This document shows positions 59,801 through 64,000 of a stretch of DNA of 64,000 nucleotides, piece by piece. Under the pieces are notes generated by a model. That model did no database searches, had not been told where the DNA came from, and was given only the letters and a program-made list of their open reading frames with translations. Source of the DNA: an uncultured Muribaculaceae bacterium (GTDB lineage Bacteria > Bacillota_I > Bacilli_A > RF39 > UBA660); the NCBI GenBank assembly GCA_964472425.1, contig CAYYLF010000001.1, positions 6,595-70,594 on the forward strand. Reading direction: 5' to 3'. The position numbers were made by a program, and so were the translations under genes. The first letter of the stretch is position 1. Each line of letters begins with the position of its first letter.

Positions 59801-62800
59801 TCACTTTGAGAGACTTGGCTCTAAACGAGTTAGTCTTGACTAAGACTGTCACAGTCGATTTGACGCCTGCTACGGCGAGAGTCGAGTACGACAATGTCGA
59901 TAAGACTAACGGGGATGTCATCATCAGACTTTATACGAACAAGCACGTCACATTCGAGGATGCGAATGGTTTGAAGTGGACTGGTGGTAACTTGATTACT
60001 ACCGGTGTAAATGCCGGTTGGTACAAGTACAATGTGACCGTGACTCAAAATGTCGAGAACGACAACTTAGTTCTTACGACAGACAACGGTTATACTAGTA
60101 CGACTTCTTACAAGGTATCCAATATCGACAAGACTGTCGACGTTAAGAGTGTCGAATATTCTAACGTCCAAGTCGTCGTGGATGAAGAAGGAAACAAGAC
60201 GGAGGTAGTTACCAAGACTAACCAAAATGTAACAGTCACTATCACGGCCGGCGAACAGTTACAGTTCCCTGGCAATGAATCTATCGAAGAGAGCGAGTTG
60301 AAACTCGCGAACGGGGATTACATCTATACTATAGAGGTAGAGGACAATGCTGAGGTCACTTTGGATGTCAGAGATGCCATCGGCAACACTTCTACAGTAA
60401 CTTACAAAGTTCGCGGTATAGACAGAAAAGGTCCAGATATCGGCGGCCTCGACGAGAGCAAGTTGGTGGATGCAGCTACTAAGTCTTACTTGTACAACAC
60501 CACTGTCGTGCCTACGTTTACAGAGGGAAGCTTGGAAGACGGAACTATCAAATTAGAGAAGAGAGTTACCGGTTCAGCCGAATACGATGTGGATACAGAG
60601 TATCGCGGAAGTGGCACAGTTTTAGGTGAAGATGGCAAAGACATCGAATACAGATTGACTGTAAGCGATGGTCTCAATCCTACCGTAGTCAACATAAGAG
60701 TCGACATGAAGACTCCTACGGCGACTTACACAGCTACCAAGTACGTACTTACCGAAGACAATAAACCAGTTCTAGATGGTACTCCTATCGCGACTGGCAT
60801 GAAGGTCAACACGGACGTTTTGGTCAAGGTTCAATTTAGCGAACCAGTCAAGTTGACTAGTGCAGACGGATACGAATTCGTCGACGACGGGGACGATTCC
60901 GAGTACAAATCTACTTACTATGTAAGAGTTCAAACTAACGATACAAATGTTTCTCTCGACGTAGAGGATGAAGCAGGAAATCCGACTACAAGTACTACTT
61001 ATACGGTCGATTTCATAGATAAAGTCGTGCCTACTATAAGTGGACTCACCGATGGAGAGACTTACAATAAAGCAGAAATGGAGTCATTGGAGATATCTTT
61101 CAGTGACAACAGTACATACGAGGTCTTCATAACGGGTGGAAGTTACAATAAAACTCCATACGACCCAGCTACTACTCCTATAACGGCGGATGGCGAATAT
61201 ACGATAGAGGTCATAGATGCAGCTACCAACAGAACTGCAGTCACTTTCACAGTGGATATGACTCCTCCTACTATAACGTTCGACCGCGAAGGCGTCCTCG
61301 ATGACGACGGAGAAACGTTGTTGTTCGCCGGACAAGTGACACCTACTTTTAGGGATGGAACCGGTGTTCTATCTAAGAAGACGGTAGACTCAGAGACCGG
61401 TGAGAGTAAGTACGAGGTCGTAGATAACAACTTCGTAAGTGGCACAGTAATCGACAACGAAGGCGAAGAAGCCGAAGTCGAGTATCTCTTGGTAACGAGC
61501 GATGCGGCTGGAAACGGAGACTCAAAGAAGTTCGTAGTAGACAGCCTCAAACCTAGTGCCGATATAACGAACAACTTGAACGGCAAAAAGTACATCAATG
61601 TCGATGCAATCGTCACGATAACTTTGGACGACGACGTTACGATGCTCACAGGTGCAACGACAAACTTCGTTCCAGTGGAGGGTACTAACGGTAGACAGTG
61701 GAAACTCACGATGGCTACCAACGGTTCCTTCGCCATCCAATTCAAGGATAAGGCTGGAAATGTAACGGATGAGACTATAACGGTCAATTTCATAGATAAA
61801 GTCGACCCTACTGTAAGAGGTGTGACGGAAGGTGCCGTTTACAATGCAAATAATTTACCAGTTATCACATATAGCGACAATATCTCCGCCAAGGGTTATC
61901 TCACAGGTGGAGGTTACAATAACAAGTATTTGGGAAGTCCAATTTCTATAACTAAGGATATGGGCGATGGCGAGTATACTTTGGTAGTAAAAGACTTAGC
62001 CGATAACACTTTGACTTACAATTTCAGAGTGGATACGACCCCGCCAGTTATCACTCTTCCAAATACCGATAAGGAAACTTCAGAAGGTTTACCTCTATAT
62101 AGGGTAACTACCAATGAAGAAGGCGAAAAGGTAGGTATCGTTCCTAATTTCGAAGAAGGCGCAACTCCAGTTCTTACGAAGAAGGGTTCTACTACGGCTA
62201 TCGAGTACGCTAGAGGCGACATGATCGTCGAGGATGGCGAGTATACTTTGACCGTAAGCGATGCGGCCGGAAACGAGGATACAGTAACTTTCGTCTTAGA
62301 TGGTACGGTTCCTACGCTCGTATCTAGTAAGCCCGAATTGCCTCAAGGTGTAGAGTTCACTAACGAGACGAGTACAGTATTGTTCACATTCGACGAGACA
62401 GTCGAGAAGAACATGACTAACGAGAATATCGTTCCTGTCGATGGAACCGATGGTAAGCAATGGAGACTCACCGTTTACAATGCCGAGCCTGTAACACTCA
62501 AGTTCACGGATTTGGCCGGAAACGAGTTCGAAGAGACTTATACTCCATCGTTCATGGACAAGACTGTTCCTGTCATCACTTTGAATGAGGAAGTTAAACA
62601 AGACGAGAACGACGTATACATTTATGCCGGAGATGTCACAGTTACCATAAATGAAGCTAACTTGGATTATCTCTTAGTCGACGGAGAAATCAAACGCGAT
62701 TTCGTAGTCGATTCCGATAATGCGTCTATCTCAACTAGATTATTTACAGATGGCAAACACACCGTTAAGGCTTTCGATAAGGCCGGAAACGAGTCTTTGG

Positions 62801-64000
62801 AATATACTTTCGAGATTTACGATAAGGCTCCTTCATTCGATGCGAACGGAACTTATACATTCGTCACTATCAAGGGTATGGCCGATTTCTCTATTCCAGA
62901 AATAAAGGCGACGGATGCTCGCGGTGGAGAGTTAACTGCTGCTACTACGAATACGTTCGACGTGAATGAGCCTGGTACTTATACTTTGACTTATACGGCA
63001 AAGGATAATGCAGATAGAACAAGTGAACAAACCGTAACAGTCATCGTTTTGGATATCGATGAGTTCACTGATATCAAGAATCAGATGAAGACTTGGGCCG
63101 ACAATGCCGACCCAGCAGTCGACGTACTCGACAGAGTAGAAATAAACAAAGACGATTATACTCCAAAGTCTTGGAAGGCAAGACAAGATTTAATCGACGA
63201 GTTAGATAGAACTTTGACTGCACCTATCGCGTCAACTGTAGACCAAGATTATGTCGCCGGAATGGTCGATGAAATCAAAGCCAACGCTTTAAAAGAGAAG
63301 ACTCCAATCGTCACGACTAAATACGACGCGTTAGTCGAAGAATTCGAGGCACTTCCTGCCGAGGATTACGATGAGGACGCGTATGCAGAAGTCGAGGCTT
63401 GGATTGAAGCTAACGAGACGAACGGTTTAGGCGACATCGTATTGCAAAGCCAGTTCAACAAGTTGCGTACTAAGGTTTTGAGCGAAAAACTCGAAGATTT
63501 GAAGAAGGCTACGGTCGCATTCGATAAGGATGCAGCTTTGGCGAAAATCGCAGAGATGGAAGGCAGATATACGGCCGGAGATTATACCGGATACGATACT
63601 TATGCTGCCGACTTGGCAACTTTGAAGACTAACGTAAACGACGGGACTGTCAACAAGAACAGTACGTTCAATAAAGAGGTCGAGAGAATTGCCGGTGAAA
63701 TCGGCACTAAGGTACAAATCGCGACTGGACTCGCAATTTACGACGAATTCGTCACAATCGAGAACGAGTTTGCAAAGATGGCAGAATCCGATTATACCGA
63801 TACTTACGGTACTTTGAAGAACGCTATCGAGGCGGCACGCAATTACGTTACGAATTCTTATAAAGAAGTGCCAACGGAAGACGGTTTGGTAAGTGAGTTC
63901 ACACCACTTGCAAATGCGGTCAAGACAGCACGCGAGGCCTTGAAGGCTCGCCCTACGATAGATACTCCAGTAGTACTAAAAGTAGGTGAGAGAACTAATG
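56887..64000 (+). CDS. Giant cell-surface protein built from more than 20 tandem Ig-like repeats of roughly 95-100 aa (consensus ...DGEYTLxVxDxAGNxxxxxFxVDxTxPxI...). The 3' end runs off the window
   Basis: AGGAGG RBS. N-terminal signal anchor VALGVTAVTAAVASAYTI. The frame stays open from 56887 to the window end (translated by hand). Absent from the ORF track because it has no stop in the window. Confidence 0.8.
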   Translation, partial: MATNNKKVKNVALGVTAVTAAVASAYTITNLMFKERDYSDVLVESAKKYVENNNLTIDSKLVVGVPELRESGSLVKDLGGNFDDDSCAVGNDDGSLTAHEACPVPLADENEEVAELAYNLSSTFQKGTISGVDYKRLAVSVVFNKPVSVQGGIDWTVSSDGRTATKYYYAQESESLVFSTLDGEETVSINIEATGDFNPKNVNTSPNIKVNGATLPIISNTINTKLDGKTKRGIKFFDGVALDYDAAVLEFTSGKDSAGKTSPTTAILYKYNEDGTLGVGIQKGNKSEVAGEGRYRLVVSSEAGEVIRDFSIDNTAPEVRVYVVDENGNKGAELTNSSVEAVRVTNKDVMVEFSDKYSNVTAELTGRVLEVSMGEVFSNEQEYEITATDAAGHTATAKFRINKAVPTIEGVESGAHYKEAKSISFDKENVKVTLDTIDGEEVDAENNNFGEGTHTIVVSDRNNADNNVTITFVVDLHAPTFNGFAEGEDTIKTPDDFVVRANDDYLASTVVKKGDTVLENVTTLDEEGTYTLVATDKAGNETVKTVVVDKNAPKVTLAGVEYQSEDNEPITIDVPFEGEEGVTFDVSDTIDENPTYTLVNSKGQTIEGKTVTANGTYTLTAEDEVGHKTIVNFIIARGVPTVTLNGTTIEDDTARYYKENVEIEIGGEMEITGAVLEKKVGETYEKVVDLTDTYEVATDDETHNEYRIAVSYVGSDEAFVVNFVIDKKMPTVDVASGTYGTDKEISFDDESGIKSASIIENGVERALTASELASKKVSLEEDGTYTLKLEDMAENGKSFDYTIDTTPASVVFSVPGKDAEGNDIMVTVPKTEEEMKSTMYFNKNVTLAFEDALSVIKVTVDGTEVQSISADLGGSKTYTTTLTEGPHKVVVEDLAGNKRELDIVVDTVLPGGSLSTTNIYDEKDPKKVIGVRVTLATDEEYTRESADTWTPVEGETNKYYLDVMVESKEVSVTLRDLALNELVLTKTVTVDLTPATARVEYDNVDKTNGDVIIRLYTNKHVTFEDANGLKWTGGNLITTGVNAGWYKYNVTVTQNVENDNLVLTTDNGYTSTTSYKVSNIDKTVDVKSVEYSNVQVVVDEEGNKTEVVTKTNQNVTVTITAGEQLQFPGNESIEESELKLANGDYIYTIEVEDNAEVTLDVRDAIGNTSTVTYKVRGIDRKGPDIGGLDESKLVDAATKSYLYNTTVVPTFTEGSLEDGTIKLEKRVTGSAEYDVDTEYRGSGTVLGEDGKDIEYRLTVSDGLNPTVVNIRVDMKTPTATYTATKYVLTEDNKPVLDGTPIATGMKVNTDVLVKVQFSEPVKLTSADGYEFVDDGDDSEYKSTYYVRVQTNDTNVSLDVEDEAGNPTTSTTYTVDFIDKVVPTISGLTDGETYNKAEMESLEISFSDNSTYEVFITGGSYNKTPYDPATTPITADGEYTIEVIDAATNRTAVTFTVDMTPPTITFDREGVLDDDGETLLFAGQVTPTFRDGTGVLSKKTVDSETGESKYEVVDNNFVSGTVIDNEGEEAEVEYLLVTSDAAGNGDSKKFVVDSLKPSADITNNLNGKKYINVDAIVTITLDDDVTMLTGATTNFVPVEGTNGRQWKLTMATNGSFAIQFKDKAGNVTDETITVNFIDKVDPTVRGVTEGAVYNANNLPVITYSDNISAKGYLTGGGYNNKYLGSPISITKDMGDGEYTLVVKDLADNTLTYNFRVDTTPPVITLPNTDKETSEGLPLYRVTTNEEGEKVGIVPNFEEGATPVLTKKGSTTAIEYARGDMIVEDGEYTLTVSDAAGNEDTVTFVLDGTVPTLVSSKPELPQGVEFTNETSTVLFTFDETVEKNMTNENIVPVDGTDGKQWRLTVYNAEPVTLKFTDLAGNEFEETYTPSFMDKTVPVITLNEEVKQDENDVYIYAGDVTVTINEANLDYLLVDGEIKRDFVVDSDNASISTRLFTDGKHTVKAFDKAGNESLEYTFEIYDKAPSFDANGTYTFVTIKGMADFSIPEIKATDARGGELTAATTNTFDVNEPGTYTLTYTAKDNADRTSEQTVTVIVLDIDEFTDIKNQMKTWADNADPAVDVLDRVEINKDDYTPKSWKARQDLIDELDRTLTAPIASTVDQDYVAGMVDEIKANALKEKTPIVTTKYDALVEEFEALPAEDYDEDAYAEVEAWIEANETNGLGDIVLQSQFNKLRTKVLSEKLEDLKKATVAFDKDAALAKIAEMEGRYTAGDYTGYDTYAADLATLKTNVNDGTVNKNSTFNKEVERIAGEIGTKVQIATGLAIYDEFVTIENEFAKMAESDYTDTYGTLKNAIEAARNYVTNSYKEVPTEDGLVSEFTPLANAVKTAREALKARPTIDTPVVLKVGERTN

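Overview
Origin-proximal chromosome segment of a low-GC, Firmicutes-type genome, with spoVT-like, spoIIR-like and comK-like genes and a short SRP RNA. The minus strand carries the classic oriC block in Bacillus-like order: dnaA, dnaN, recF, gyrB, gyrA, with DnaA-box clusters on both sides of dnaA; a comK-like gene sits between dnaN and recF. Further along the minus strand lie ffs, tadA, dnaX, ybaB, recR, holB, ricT, a TrmN6-like methyltransferase, pth, mfd, spoVT-like, a T-box leader with metG, tatD, yabE-like and rsmA. The plus strand carries rpmH, rnpA, yidC, jag, an unknown inserted gene, mnmE, mnmG, rsmG and a Noc-like ParB-family gene. Downstream of that gene, synteny breaks into a block containing a PBP1A gene, rpoE, prfA, prmC and spoIIR, bracketed by two degraded Rpn/YhgA-type nuclease-transposase pseudogenes. 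Next comes a lipid-linked glycosylation locus (two GT2 enzymes, an FAD oxidoreductase plus NAD reductase pair, two large GT-C-like membrane proteins, an ArnE/ArnF-like small-protein pair) followed by murA. The window ends in a giant cell-surface protein built from Ig-like repeats that runs off the edge (more than 2370 aa in view). The most striking element is the 1.05-kb non-coding stretch between gyrA and ffs, about 9 kb from dnaA. It is a degenerate tandem array of roughly 185-bp units. Each unit carries a canonical parS palindrome (TGTTCCACGTGGAACA), an abutting DnaA-box-like TGTGGAAAA, and a canonical Noc-binding site (ATTTCCCGGGAAAT). That gives 7 parS and 6 NBS in about 1 kb. Two further perfect NBS copies lie elsewhere in the window, one of them inside the mfd reading frame. 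The only ParB-family gene in view has Noc-type specificity residues but lacks the Noc N-terminal membrane helix and has no adjacent parA.
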